Origin: Vicugna vicugna
Lineage: Eukaryota
Reading direction: 5' to 3'
DNA length: 64,000 nucleotides
Assembly (NCBI GenBank): GCA_013265495.1
Contig: MU057651.1
Coordinates: forward strand, 2,146,948 to 2,210,947
Shown here: piece after piece, positions 12,706-26,291 of the stretch
Numbering within the stretch: position 1 is the first letter of the stretch
Layout: the number at the start of each line of letters is the position of its first letter
Notes under the pieces: model-generated
Databases searched by the model: none
Told to the model about the DNA's origin: nothing
Seen by the model: the letters and a program-made list of their open reading frames with translations, nothing else
Position numbers and translations under genes: made by a program

Positions 12706-13345
12706 TGTACTTCATTTGCAATATTATGTCAGTTTTTGGCACACAGCATAGTGATTCAGTTAAACATATATATATATTCTTTTCTATTATGGCTTATTAC
12801 AGGATATTGAAAACACTTCCCTGTGCTGCACAGTGGGACCTTGCTGTTTATCTATTCTGCGTACTGTAGTGTGTGTCTGCTGGTCCCAAACTCCTAATTT
12901 ATCCCTCCTCAGCCCCCTTCCCCCCACCCCTGGTAACCATGAGTTTGTTTTCTATATCTGTGAATCTCTTTCTGTTTCATAAATAAGTTCACCTGTGTCA
13001 TATTTTAAATTCCACATATAAGTGATACCACATGATATCTGTCTTTCTCTTTCTGACATACTTCACTTAGAATGATGATCTCCAGGTCCATCCATGGTGC
13101 CGCAAATGGCGTGATTTCATTCTTTTTCATGGCTGCGTAGTATTCCATTGTATAAATACACCGCTGCTTCTCTATCCAGTCCTCTGTCGATGGACATTTA
13201 GTGCATCCATGTCTTGGCTGTTGTGTAGATACACCTTGTAACAGCCTATAATGGAAAAGCATCTGAAAAAGACTAAGTGTATCTATAGAGTTCTCTGTGC
13301 TGTACAACAGGTCTTTGCAATTTACCTATTTCATATAAAGTAGTA
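12706..13345 (-). mobile_element. L1 3' end plus a second L1 3' UTR fragment carrying a micro-inversion
   Basis: 12706-13225 closely parallels 31510-32040. 13226-13345 is another 3' UTR piece whose 13235-13276 segment is in the opposite orientation. Confidence 0.9.
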
Positions 13346-14470
13346 CCTATCCATTATTTTTTAAGAGTGCACATGTACGCACACACACAGACACACACCC
13401 TTGAGTCCTGACTCCCAGCTGGGCTGACTATGGCCTGGCGCCTGAGAAACATGCCTTTAAGTACAAATCGAGCTTTTGCTTCGTGAAATAAGCAGGCCAT
13501 CCAGTGGAGATTTCTGTTTCTCCCTTTTTTCGTCTGTAGACAAAGACTGCATCGCTGAGAGTCACATGTGTTCTGTGACCCTGCCAACCCGGCCTCCCTG
13601 TCCGGGAAGCTCGGTTTGACAGCCCCCATGTCCACCGTCCTCTAAAGCACATATTTCCAGCTTCTGCTTCTGCTTCTGATCGCTGGGTCTGCATGTGCTG
13701 TTTCTGCTTGGTCATGGGTCAACCCAGATGAAAAGTCACCGCGTGGGTGGTTTCCAGGAAAAAGATCCATCCACATCGTAGTCCATAAGAGTTGTTTCTA
13801 GGAGGATTCATTGGCAGGGTGCAGCCTTTCCAGGAACAGCCATCGTGCCATTGGAGTGATCCAAAATATAGAACTGGGGCCAGTGGCTGGAGGCAAGTTG
13901 GAGCCAGGATGCGGGAGGACCAGGTGACACTGGGTGATGGAAGGGACTGACCCACGCGAGGCCTTGGAGGGGAGTGGCACCACCGCGGACTTGGGAGCCG
14001 GAGCCCTGCCCACGGCCAGCTCCCTGATGCTTCCGAGTTTTGGTTTCCTCGTCCGTAAATAGGGCGGGTCGTGTTGGTAGGTGCAGTTTAGGGTCGCCTG
14101 GGAGTTAAGAGAGGTCCCATCCAGACAGCTCCTGGCCGGGCCCCCGGCTCCCTCCTCAGCCCTGCCCCTTCCTCTCCGGTCCTGCCGCTTCAACACGGAG
14201 ATGCGGGGACGGGGGTCACCGGCAGGATGCCTGCTGCTCAGGCAAGAATTCAATACGCTGCCTTGATTGTTGCACTTCAGAGAAACACACTTGTCTTCAA
14301 CAGAAAGCTCATTATGTGGACGAATTAAAAATTAGCTGCTCCGTGGGGAGCAGAGAGGGAGACAGAGACCCCGGGGGGCCACCCAGTGTTTACACCGAGG
14401 GGACCCCCCTAAACCCCAGGGCTGGGTACATCTGTATGTTGTGCGGTGAGGACGCTGATGCTGACCCTGA

Positions 14471-14704
<234 letters not shown>

Positions 14705-15939
14705 TAGCACACATCTCTGACCACGGGGCCCCGGGGGGCCGGCGGGTGCGGGGCTGCAGGGATGCAGGCTGGCTCTCACCGGTCTCAGCACCCCCCCTGC
14801 CCCGGCTTTACAGGCGTTAAGACATTCTTGGGGAGAAATTCAATTTCCACTATCGAAGGGAGTCCCTTATTTTAATTTCACTTTGTTTGTTCTTGCAAAG
14901 CAGTTTCTCCGTTTCCAAGACAAAAATCAAACACGCTGGCTGGGCTCATTAATTTTTCATTACTAAGCAGGTGACACTTGGAACACGGCGGAATATTTTC
15001 CATAAGCAGCCTGGGCGGGAAGAGAAGGTGGGAAGAGAGCCCGAGGTGGGTGGATCAAAAGCCGCGTCTGCACGATGCGAGCGAGATGGCAGGGCGTCCC
15101 CGATCGTGCAGGGAAGCTGTTCCCTCCTCCCGAATGGCGAGGACGACGTGGCTCGCGGAGTAGGGGGGCCCATCGGGTCATCACCTTAAGGGCGCGTTGA
15201 CAAGAGTGTGCTGCCGGGGCGGATGGGATTAAGGATTGGGGCTCTGGGAGGGGCCGGTTTGATAGAGCATCTGAGTGCAGCTTGGAAGGGACATGACCGC
15301 GTCTTCAAGTCCACGAACGTGTCCCCTGAGGACTGGGATGGGACTGTCTCTGCGTGGCCCCCATGCGTGGTGCTGGGATGCAGGCAGGGACGGAGCATCT
15401 CAGAGAGACGGAGCGAGCCCCCGGCCTGGGCGTCTCAGAGAGGCAGCCGGCCAGCCTGCGAGGTGGGTGGCTGAAATCAGCGTGGAGCCGGACGGCGACC
15501 TCTGTACGTAGGTGGACAGTGTCCGGAGATGCTCCAGAGGGCACTGCCTGCGGGGCTGGCTGCTCTTCTGGGCACATTAGTTATGAAGACGGGGGACCAT
15601 CCCTCAAGGCTGAGAGCAGGGAGCCCGTTGAGCGTGCACAAACTCTTTAAAAAATAAATTGACAGCTCTAGCCGTGGGGTGGGGGGACGTGGACTCGGTT
15701 AGGGCACCGGGATGGCGAGGTCCAGGCAGCAGGTGGCGGGCGGCCCAGCCTCTCAGTGGCTGTCGGGCATTCAGCGACGGCCCGAGTACCAGTCGCCCCG
15801 ACGTTTGGCACCTTCAGTGTCCGACGTGCTGTGTGTTCCCCTTGTCCCTTCCGCTCAGAGACAAAGCTCTGGTGTCGGTCAGGGGGCTCCCCTTGGGATG
15901 TTTGCAAAACCTGGGGAGACGCGATGTCAAACCCTGAGG

Positions 15940-16090
15940 ATTTTTTTGATCCTCTGAAGCTTTCTACATGTTTCAAAGCTACAGACAAGTTGAAAAACTG
16001 CACCATGAACGGTTGTACGCCGTTCGCTGTATCGGCCTGTCGCTAACATTTTGGCACATTTGCTCTGTCTTGATCTCTGTCTTCGTCCCT
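15940..16090 (-). mobile_element. Ancient L1MC-like 3' fragment
   Basis: aagttgaaaaactgcaccatgaac...taacattttggcacatttgct resembles an antisense L1MC4/5 3' end. Confidence 0.5.
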
Positions 16091-16889
16091 GTCTGTATAT
16101 AATCCAGCACCGTCCATTCACTTACTCTTTTGTCCTTTCCCGTGACACACACGCAGGATACACACCTGCTGAGGGACGTTAAAGAATTTTTTTATGTGTG
16201 TGGATCTTTTCGCCCTTAGGATTTAGCCCACTTTAGAAATTCTTTGAATTAATTCTTTGCCATGTGTGGCTAGGTTAAAAATTTTGATAAAACCTTAAAG
16301 CCATTCTTTTTTTTGTTTGTTTGTACTCAGGTTTTACATGAAGACATCATTTTATTTTTTTTTTTGAATAAGCAAAAAGCATTCAAAAATAAAATCTGTA
16401 CGAATAAGGTACAGAGAGGCGTGAAAGATGCATGTTTCTTACAACTATATTAAGGAGGGTTACAGGTTACAAAAGGATTTGGATGAAAAGGTTTGATCCA
16501 GTTACATCAGAACATCCCAGGAAGACACCTAGAAATAAATTTAAATGCGTCAAATCACAAAAGTCGTCTTAAGGTTTGTGGTAACGTGTTCACTGGATAT
16601 AACGTGGCTTTCGTCCAGCTCTAGCTCTGGGGTATTCCCACTGTGAGCGGGCAAATGGTGTTTGGACGTCTTGGTTAAAAAAAAAAAAACAGGCTTGAAA
16701 AATGAGAACAGTTTCCACGAGAAACAAACATTCTGTAATAATTGGTTGGGATCAGTGAATAATATATGGCCGTCCTTCTCTGCCGCTGCCCACGGAAAGC
16801 AAGGTTTTCGTAAGAAAAAAGAGTCCACGTCTGATGGAGCACAGGTCACAGGGCATAAAAGGTGATGCCTTATGTAAAGTTAAACTTTT

Positions 16890-17400
16890 TTAAAAAATTT
16901 TTTAAATAGACTTTATTCTTTTAGAGCAGTTTCAGGCTCATAGCAGAGCTGAGCAGAAAATACAGAGAGTTGGCATAGAGCCTTCTCCACCCACACGTAT
17001 GTCCTCCCCGACCCTCAGCATCCCTCGTCAGTGTGGCATCTTTGGTGCCATCGATGATCCAACGTGGACACATTATTATCAGCCAAAGTCCACAGTTTAC
17101 ATGAGGGCTCACTCTTGATGGTGCACATTCTATGGGCTTCGACAAATGCATAGTGACATGTGGCCACCACTATGGTGTCACACACAATAATTTCATCGCC
17201 CTAAAAATCCCCTGTGCTCCATCTGTTCCTCCCTCCCTCCCTCTCCCCAAACCGCTGGAAACCACGACCTTTTCATTGCTTTTGCAGCCGTGCCTTTTCC
17301 AGAGTGTCACTTGGCTGGAATCGTATGGTTTGCAGCCTTCTCAGACTGGCTTCTTTCGTTCAGCAATACGTCTTTTAAGCTCCTTCCGTGGACATGGAGG
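16890..17400 (-). mobile_element. L1MC1/2-like 3' UTR
   Basis: aaatagactttatt...agagcagtttcaggctca...aaagtccacagtttacatgagggctcactcttg...gccctaaaaatcccctgtgctcc are diagnostic antisense motifs. Confidence 0.8.
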
Positions 17401-18429
17401 CCTTAGCCCTTGACCCCAGGAGGTCGTCTTCGGTTCATCATATTGTTAATGTTTTGACCTGTGGCACCGTTAGGACGGAAAGTCGCGGTTCAGCAGCAAG
17501 CTGCGCGAGTCACCTGCGACCGAGGAGCAAGAGTCTGAAGCCAGGAATGCCCGGGCTGTAGATAAATAATAATAAATAAATCATCGCTCGCCACAGATGA
17601 GTTAGTATGTATCCACTCTGTGGGCTTGTACACAGCCATCTCCCAGGCTTTGCTTTGATAAAAATGGATGTTTGTGGGGGGACTGGTTTGGGGTTTTTTC
17701 CCTAATGATACAAAGAGTGTTGTATTGACGTGGAGAATTTCAGGTTTATCTCTGGTGCCGGGCGCCCTTCGTCTTGGTTGCGCCCGTGAGCATCAGACCC
17801 GGGAAGCCTCACTCTGCATGCAGGCGCACTGTCTGCCTTTTTGTGCTCAGAGGAAGGAAACTGACCGCCGTAGGACCTTGATGCCAGGGTCCAGCGCTGG
17901 TTCTCCAGGGTGGGTGGAGCAGCACACCCCGGGGGGACGATGGACCCCCAAAAGCACAAAGGCCCTGGGTGGAAAGATGGTGTGTCTCCTTCAGGCAGTC
18001 TGCACCACTGGACGCTGGTTATCTGCAGCTTTCTGTCCACAAGGAAATGAATAGGGCTGTTTTGGGGAGGAAAATGGAAACTTTTATGAAGCTTTTAAGC
18101 CAAATGAGACTTCAGATGATCAGAAGCGCCTTCATGGGGGACGTGTGAGCGGCACTGAGAGTTAAACAGAGTTCTGTGTTTCCCCTCGCAGCTTCCACAC
18201 AGCAGGCTGAGGTCATACGCAAACCCCACGCAGGGAGTTGGACAGGAGGGAATGGGGTGTGTGGGTGTGTGTGTCAGATTCACATCAAGACCCTCTCACA
18301 AGGAAAGCCTGCTCCCGTGTGGCCTCCACGTTGAATTTTTCCAAAATTCTTACCGCAGAAATGACACCGATCTCATGCAAACACTTTTCAACAGACGGTG
18401 CCGGGGCCATTTGGGAGATAGAGATCGTT

Positions 18430-19380
18430 ATGGAAAAAAAAAATAAACAGAAAAAAAGCTTAGATCTTTACTTAGATCACCCCCATCTACAAGCATTAAC
18501 TCAAAATAAATCATAGACCTAAATGTAAGAGTTTAAATGATACATTTGTATATAAATTTTGTATAAAGTTTTGTATAAAAAATAGAGCATTTCCATGATC
18601 TTGGGGTGAGCAAAGAGTTCTTAGATTCAACACCGAAATCACAGCTCCTCAAAGGAAGAAAAAAAAAAAGAAAAGCCGATAAACTGGATCGCGTAGACAT
18701 TTAAAAGTGTCACGTTTCAAAACACATCATTACGAAAATGAGAATGCAAGCGACCGGCGGTGAGAAAATGTTTACAAATGATGCACCGGCGAAGAATTCC
18801 GGCGTGCAGTGTTTATAAACAACGCGTGCAACTCAGTAAGGAGGTAAACAACCCGAAACAAAATGGGCAAACATTTCCACAGAGAAGGTCAACGGATGGT
18901 AAATAAACCCAGAATCAGATGCGCAGCCTCCTTGGTCCTCAGGGAGATAAAAATCGGAGACACGGTCAGGTAACTGGTCTACCCGCGCCGGCTCAGCGGT
19001 GGGGAACTTTCTTAAAAAGCGAAATGAGAACTTCCCGTCTGCCCCAGCCATTCCCTCCTGGAACTCAGTCCCAGAAGACGGAGAACGTCCACAGCATGAC
19101 GTCTATGTGAATATTCATAGCAGGATTCTCCTTAGGCAAATAATCTGAATGGCCGTCAGTTGGAGAACAAATAAACGTGCGGTTAATACCCATTCAGTGG
19201 GCTATTATTCACCAATAAAAAGAAATATATGCGCCAACGGGGTTGAATCTTAAAAACATTATCCTGAATGGAAGAAGGTAGTTTCAAAGACCAAATAGTG
19301 TGTGATCCTGTGTGTTTGCAAAGTCTAAAGAAGGCAAGTTTATGTAGGTGGCCGAGAGCTGGAATCGGAGGATGGATTAA
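18430..19380 (+). mobile_element. Degraded L1M ORF2/3' fragments
   Basis: ttaactcaaaataaatcatagacctaaatgtaaga, aaagagttcttagat and gagaaaatgtttacaaatgat match sense L1 ORF2 motifs. There is no open frame. Confidence 0.7.
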
Positions 19381-20929
19381 CTGCACCGCACACACACACC
19401 CCCACAGGTGCCCGTGGCTTTTTGCAGACTTCCTGTGCTCGGGGCCCCTGGGTGCGGCAGGGAAATACAGCTCCGCCCACAACTCTTCTTCCACCCACGT
19501 GGGTCCCTCTCTGCTTCCATCATGTGCTACGCTTCGCCGGGTCATTCTAGACTCTTCCTCGTGAGGACCCGACTTCCCGGGACCTGGGGCGGCAGATGCA
19601 GGGAGCATGAGCGTCGCTAGGGGTCTCCAGACCTCCTGCAAGTCTTGTGGTCTTCTGGGACCCCAGACTCTAGGACACAGGGTTCACCCCACCACACCTC
19701 CAGGGCCTGTGAGCACTCAGACTTCCTGGGCCCCTCCTCGGCCACCCACAGTCCCTGATCCAGTAGGTCTGGCCGTGGGCCTGGGAATCTGCACGTTTAC
19801 TGTGTGCCTCGGCGTTTATGGGGCTGCTGGCCTGGGGACCACCCTTGGACATCCACGCCTTTGAGGCCCTTGTTTTCTCCCTCTTTGGTTATTTCCTCCC
19901 CGTCGAGTTTAACATGAGAAGCACCCAGCGAGGATCTTTTTGAGATCTGGATGCATTTTTCAAATGCATGATTCCGTGTTTGTTGTTTTTCTAGAGATTT
20001 TGGAGCTTCTAGAACCATGCAACATGTAGTAATATTTTTAAAATGGAACGCTCAGGGCAGAGAGAGAATAATTGTTGAATGGCCAGCAAGGAAAACTTAC
20101 TGCAGATAGATGCCTGCCTTCATCCTGTTTAGTAATAGCTCGGTTTTAAAGACCGTGAGCTTTCTGGCAGCCAGAGCCAAAAAAACCAGAAACTTAATAA
20201 ATATTACCTACAGAGACAAACGCACCGGAGGAAATGACTTCCTCGTGAACCATTTTCCTAAAAAAATAACACATAAATAAATTTATTTTTTGGTGTAAAA
20301 CCTCTATCCATCTTCTTCCTGGCTTTTTCCGACCTGAACCAAAGTGCTAGCATATTTCTTCTCCGTGTGTCTGCTGGGTCCCTGTGCTTTGGTTTTGTGG
20401 CAACAGGATTCCGGTGGCACTCTGTTAGTCCTGATGGAGCCCCGCAAGCATCAGTTTCCTGCTTCAGAGAAGCGCTCGGATCCCCCGCAACGCACCCCAT
20501 CACGTCCTCAGCTAACATCCACGCTGGGCTCGCGGTGGCCCCGGCCAGGCTGGGATGGCCCGTGTCCTCAGGAGAGAGACTCAGGTAGCTCTCAGAGCTC
20601 CTCTCTGCCAAGCTGGACAAACAGAAGGGGTGGGTAGGTTTTGATCTCTTGAGTTCAGGAACTTAATGTTGTTCTCATCTCCTCCTGAGGGCTCTCCGTG
20701 AGCGGCTCCTCTTTGTAAATTTGCGGGTCGCTTAAAATGACACTTGTGTCCGCAAACACTGTGGCGAGAGTCTGAACTCTTCAGGTCAGTAAAGCAAGTT
20801 AGGTGCAGACATCCCCCCATGATCACGATGAAGCCCTTCTCTGAGTTCAGCACATTTGCTAAACTTCCAGGCGGAAAAAAAGTGTCTTTTCCAGTGGCTT
20901 TATCTGGATGTTTCCTACAGCCCTGGATT

Positions 20930-21030
20930 TCATACAGAAGAAGTTGAATGCAGTTCCCTGTGCTTTGCAGCAGGTCCTTAACATTTACCTCCGTTATGTA
21001 CAGTCGTGTGTGTCTGCTCGCCCCACACTG
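20930..21030 (-). mobile_element. L1 3' UTR fragment
   Basis: gttgaatgcagttccctgtgctttgcagcaggtcctt parallels 31620-31660. Confidence 0.6.
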
Positions 21031-22536
21031 TCTTCTGATGGAAGGGTCGTGCAGACACTGCAATTAGAGATGCTCTTTTGTTGAACATTTGGCGCTTTTG
21101 TTCAATGTTTGGGGGTTTTCTTTAGATTTTTGTTGGAGTCTGGGTGCGTGCGTGCGTGTGCGTATATGTTACTTTTATAAAACACGCAGACCCTCATATG
21201 TATTTCACTGTGGACCCAAAGATGACTCAGGATGCGGTGCCTGCCCTTAATGAGCTCACCGTCTGGAGGGGACGCGGTTCTGGAAATAAGCTGTCTGCTG
21301 TTTGACTTGAATTACGACGAAGGTGGCGAGGGAGGGAGGGAGGCGGGGGGCCTGAGGACCAGCTCAGTAAACGTCCCGTGTACGCGGCCTCTGTTTGCTG
21401 CTGAATTGTTTCATTAGGATGTAATCCCAGGAGTGAGGTAATCGGGTCAAAGGCTTGGAACATTTTTTTTCTGCTTCTGATACAGATCGCCCTGTGGTTT
21501 TCCAGAAGGTTACGCACAGTTTGAAACCTCTGGCTTCAGGATAACCTTAACCTTTTCTTAATTTAATTTGTAGAAAATGACGCCCACTGTTTGAATATTC
21601 ATGTAACCTTTAAAATAGTTGGATGACTTCTTTTTTCCTGCAATGCATTATACTTCTCTGCTTTCTTAATAACTTTAAAGAGAACTTAAGTGGTTTTTTT
21701 TTTAATTGTAACACTCAGAAGGTGCTTTATTTTTTTTTTTTGGCTTTTATGTTTTTATTGAAGTAGAGTTGATTAAATGGTTCTTGATGGTTGAAAGTCA
21801 TTGACATGAAAACCACGTGAATTACCGCACAGCCCCTAAACAGAGTGAGGTCTCCAGATTAACAGCTGGACCAAGGAGCCTGGATCCCCGGGTCCTTTCT
21901 GAAATGGACACAGTGACTCTAGCCACAGCTACGATGTCCTGTGACAATTAAGTAATGCAGCGGGTTCAGAGGAGTTTCATTAATTCGATTCACAGACGTT
22001 GACTGATCCGTGTCCATCCACGGGAGATGAAATGGCAAAGAGGGAACAGGTCGTGCGACGGGAAGGGGAGACTTCCCCACCGGACGAGGATGCTGAAGGG
22101 GAGTGGGGAGGGCTGCGGTCGGGGTGGGGGGTGAAGGCACCCCGTCTGCAGGCTGGGATGGTCCCACCAGCTGGGGCCTGGTGGCGGGGACGGAAGGATG
22201 GGCACAGACTGGCCCATGAACCACCTTCACGCCACGTTAGGGGTCAGATTTAATCCCGAGGCAACGAGGTGCCAGAGATGGAACATCACGATGGAAGCGG
22301 TCCCCCTGATGGGGCTTTAGGCTCTACTGAAAGATGCCCTTCGTTCAACATTCTGCATGGTCGAGTCAGACTGCACTCCTTGAAGAAGGGGTGTGGGACA
22401 CCGCGGCTCTGGAGCGAGGCAGGTGCAACCTCGCGGCTGAATCCCTGGCCCCTTGTGGCATCTGCTCATCTTCTGCAGAGTCTGCCCCTGCAGGTGGGCG
22501 ATCTTCCCCCGGGGACGGAGTGGCTGGAGGTGGGGA

Positions 22537-22683
22537 GGGAGGGTGTAGCTCAGTGGTACAGCGCGTGCTTAGCATGCACGAGGTCCTGGGTTCCATCCCT
22601 AATACCTCCATTAAAAAAATTAGAATAAATAAACCTAATTACATCCTCCCCCCAAAAAAACAAGCAAAAGGAAAAAAAACAAA
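22537..22683 (+). mobile_element. tRNA-Ala-derived camelid SINE (Vic-1-like), long form
   Basis: A-box TAGCTCAGTGG, anticodon-like arm cgtgc-ttagcat-gcacg, and tail aataaataaacctaattacatcctcccccc followed by A-rich sequence. Confidence 0.92.
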
Positions 22684-23737
22684 GTGCCCCCCAGCACGAT
22701 TTTCTTTCAAAGGGCCCCTAAATTTGTCACCACGGTGGGTCACCCCGCCTCAGGCAGGAGGAGGGCCCAGAGCAGCAGAAGAGGTCAGGATTCCCGGCGT
22801 ATTTCACAGGCAAGGCGCTCTGTGCTCTGGAAGGCTGATTACCCATCCACACTGCTTGGTTATCATCCGTCGGTTAAAAGCCGCCTGGTCATTGACACAG
22901 CAGTTTCAGGAATGTCCAGCCCATGTCCTCAGCGGAAGGGAAGTCAGTTGTCCCCACATACAATGAAGCAAGCAGTTCATCCGAGGCAAATGGCATCTTC
23001 TCCGAATCCACAGCGTGATCAGTGGCACCACTACCAGAGGTAGCTTGAACCACCTCAGCACCCTTAGGGGGGATGCACACGGGGAGGAGTGAGCTGTCGG
23101 GGTGGACGGTGTGAAGGCGGGTGCTTCCCGTGCACAGTGTGTCCAGCCTGTCCCCAAGCCAGCGGGGGCGGCCACGGGACGTGCAGTGCCCGCTTTGTGG
23201 ATCAGACGACGCACTGTGCTCCTACGCCAACAGCAAAACCCCAGACCCTTTCCTTGTCCTTCAGGAAGATAAACTTCAGGTATGAAAAAGAGCCCGTGAC
23301 CCCAGGAGGTGTCTGTAAAGCACCGGTTCTGAAAACTGCCTCTCATCTCTCCTAAACCAGATGGCGTCACTTAAGGGCAGTTACATTCGGGGCATCTTGA
23401 CAGCTGGGACCTGAATTTACCTTTAATCACCCATTCACCGAGGGTCTATGAGAAACCACGTCAGCCAGGATTGAGGAAAGCATTACTTAAACCGGGGGAA
23501 AAAGCATCCGCGATTAATTGGGCGCACTCCCCTCTTTTAGAAAAGAAGAATTGTGGGTCTCTGAAAAGAGGGTCCCTGGTTAACCTGCGTTGGGACCTGG
23601 TGCTCAGTGTAGCTGGAACCACTCACCGAGGAGGTGAGGTCGCCGTGGGTACAAAGGTGCCCTTTAGACTCCGCCCCCCGAGAGCATCCGATGCAGGTGC
23701 GCCTGCATCCAGGTCACCTCAAAAGATGGATGCAGGC

Positions 23738-23848
23738 GGGGAGGGTGTAGCTCAGTGGTGGAGCGCCCGCCTAACGTGCACGAGGTCCTGGGTTCGATCC
23801 CCATACCTCCACTAAAAAAAAAAATTGTTTTTTCATTAAAAAAAAAAA
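23738..23848 (+). mobile_element. tRNA-Ala-derived camelid SINE, short form
   Basis: A-box at 23748-23758, B-box GGTTCGATCCC at 23791-23801, and an A-tail interrupted by a T6 run. Confidence 0.92.
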
Positions 23849-26239
23849 GTGGGTGGACACTGAAAGATGGGGGTGCGATACAAGACGGACCTTTATGACT
23901 TTAAAGCTATTTCTCAGAAGCCTTCAGAGTCTGGGGAGCTCGATTCAGAGAGAAACACTTTCCAAACTGGACCGGAGGACTGGAAGAGGCTGTCATGGTT
24001 AAACGTCTGTCGGTCTTTGCCAGTGACGCCGGCGAGTCTCGGGCATCCTTCCTCAGCCATCCGCCTTCCGTTCCTTGGTTAATTTAGACGTTCTCTCGTC
24101 TTAAAACACTTAAAACAAGAGGAACAGTTACTCTTTGAAGACCCGGCCCGCACCCCTTCCCCTGCGGGGCTTGGAGAGACGCGTGAAGTGCGGGAAGCGG
24201 GGCCTGGGGGAGGCTGGGCTGCTGGCTCCGCTCCACCCGCTGCTGCGGCCACATCTGGACATCACTTCGCTCATCTGGAAGAGGCAACAGATAAAATGGG
24301 AGAGAATGCACATGAGCTTGCCTTTAATAATTAAAACATATATATTATTTAAAGGAGGGGATATGCTTTGGCAAGTCGAATGCACGTGATTAATATTGAC
24401 AAGAAGTATCACACACGTGTCCCCCCCAAACCCTGAAAGTTGTTTATCTCGTACTATTTGGATTTTTAAAGGCCTCTGGCGGCCGCTTGGACAGGCCCAG
24501 CGCGCACCCAGCCTCCCAGCCCGCCCGCAGGGCCCCGGCCCCCCTGCAGCCAGCCTTCTGGGCTGAACCCACCCGGAGACGGGGCCACATCCCGGGTCAC
24601 TCCCCCCGCTGGGAAAGCATCAAAGCGTTCCTGGAACGAACAAAACCCCACCTGCTTTCAAGGGTCAGTGCCGAGGCCCGCGCCCTGCTTTCTGTGTGCT
24701 TTGCACCGTCACAGAAAACGCGGCAGGTGTCCGGCCTCGGCCTCGGCCGCCGTGACCTGCTCTTTTCCCGGGCGACAGTGGATGTCCCCAGGGCCAGGGC
24801 ACACAACTTGCCCACCCCCCCCCCCCCCCGTTCTCCCCTCCTCGCCTGTGCCTGCGGGCGGCTGTGTACATTCAACTGTCAACTAACGTCCCTTTGCATG
24901 TTCCCAAGGTCTGTCCCTTCTAAATGAGACCAAGGGTCCTGCCCTTACTCTGAGAGAAGGACGGTATCAAGCTCCCTGAGACCCAGGAAGGCGGTCCAGT
25001 CTTTCCAGCTGTTGCAAACACCTTCCTGACCCTCCACCCCACCTCCTCCTCGCGCTCTGACCCGCCGTGAGTGGCAGGGACATCTCCCGCCGAGGGCTGC
25101 AGGCCCCAGGCTCCGGGAACCTTGCTCGCCGAGACAGCCCGCTGTTCATTATGTAAAATACAGCATCAGAATAATAAAGAAACGGAGCCGGCTCCCTCCG
25201 GGGCCCAGGAGGAACGGAAAGCCTCGAGGAAGGGCTCATTCATGAAGATTTTATGAGCAGAGGGCAGAAGAAAAGGATATTTGTTTTAAAGAAAGCTATT
25301 TTGGTCTGATCCAGCCTTTAGAGGAACTTTGTAAGAGGATGTAAATTTGGTTTTTAAAATAATAATAATAATAATGAAATCCAGTGCCTGCAAGACGGGC
25401 TCCCCCCCCCATAACAGCCTTCCCTCGTAACATTTTGCCCACAAAATCTAATCAAACGGACCCAAATTTGTCTTGTGTTCTGGAGGCGCGTGCAGGGGAT
25501 ACAGAGGAACGCTTACCTGAATGTCTCCCATGATTTCAACTCAGGCTGCCTTTCCAGGGCCTCACAAAGTGGGGGGAAAAAAATCCAAAATTTCAAAATC
25601 CTTTTTGAAAAAATCAGCAGAAGATGCAGTCGTCATCCCGCAAAGACGCAGCAGCCGCTCTGGCAGGACGGGAGATCCCGGGGAGGTGATGGGCGTGGAC
25701 GGAGGTGAGCTGTGTGGCCCCCCGTCTGAAGCGTGCTTTCCTGTTTAGCAAATAATCATCTCCTTCGCCATGAGCTCCAAAGGGAAAAAAAAATTCTTTT
25801 TAAAGGAATGAGATGAGGAAGGAGGTGAGCAATTAGCAAACCTTTAGTATCGATTTTCCGTGTCTCAAAGCTGTTGCAGGTGAACTTGTAATTGGCACAG
25901 ACCTCGAATAGTCGCGGATGGGGCTGCAGTGAACTCAGGGATCAGGTGCAAATAAATCGGAAAACGAACTGCTCAAGAGCATCCGTTTCTAGGTCACAAG
26001 TTAGCAGTGACCAACCTCAACCGGGCATTCTGACAGCCTCTTACCCTAGATCGACCAAACTCCTTTTCTTCTCTTTTCTTTTTTTAAGATCTTATGACAA
26101 ATTATTTTATTGTTCAGGCTCGTTTGCAATTGCAGGGTTTCTGTATTTGCACAGAAAGAGAGACAACCGCTTCGTATATTGGCTCTGATCGTGGATGAAC
26201 AACAGTAAAAACTTAAATACTGTGAGTGTCATATCAGTG

Positions 26240-26291
26240 TTTTTTTTTAACAATATAACATTTTTTATTGATTTATAATCATTTTACAGTG
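26240..26291 (-). mobile_element. Extremely 5'-truncated L1 tail with a target-site duplication
   Basis: The reverse complement shares gtaaaatgattataaatcaataaaaa with the L1 end near 52486-52511. It is flanked by catatcag at 26230-26237 and 26292-26299. Confidence 0.75.

Noticed and set aside
12338-12869. ORFs spanning N runs (also 34097-34339 and 54183-54563)
   Set aside because: Artefacts of assembly gaps.
22537-22611. tRNA-Ala(AGC) gene
   Set aside because: It is tRNA-like but continues into a SINE tail, has an altered B-box and acceptor stem, and has four relatives in the window.
22334-22966. 210-aa ORF
   Set aside because: It reads through a SINE and its A-rich tail.
23700-23738. 12-bp stem with a 15-nt loop just upstream of a SINE
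   Set aside because: Too short for a pre-miRNA and within chance expectation.
24815-24829. C15 run as a functional G-quadruplex
   Set aside because: A simple homopolymer in GC-rich intron with no supporting context; its length may also be a sequencing artefact.
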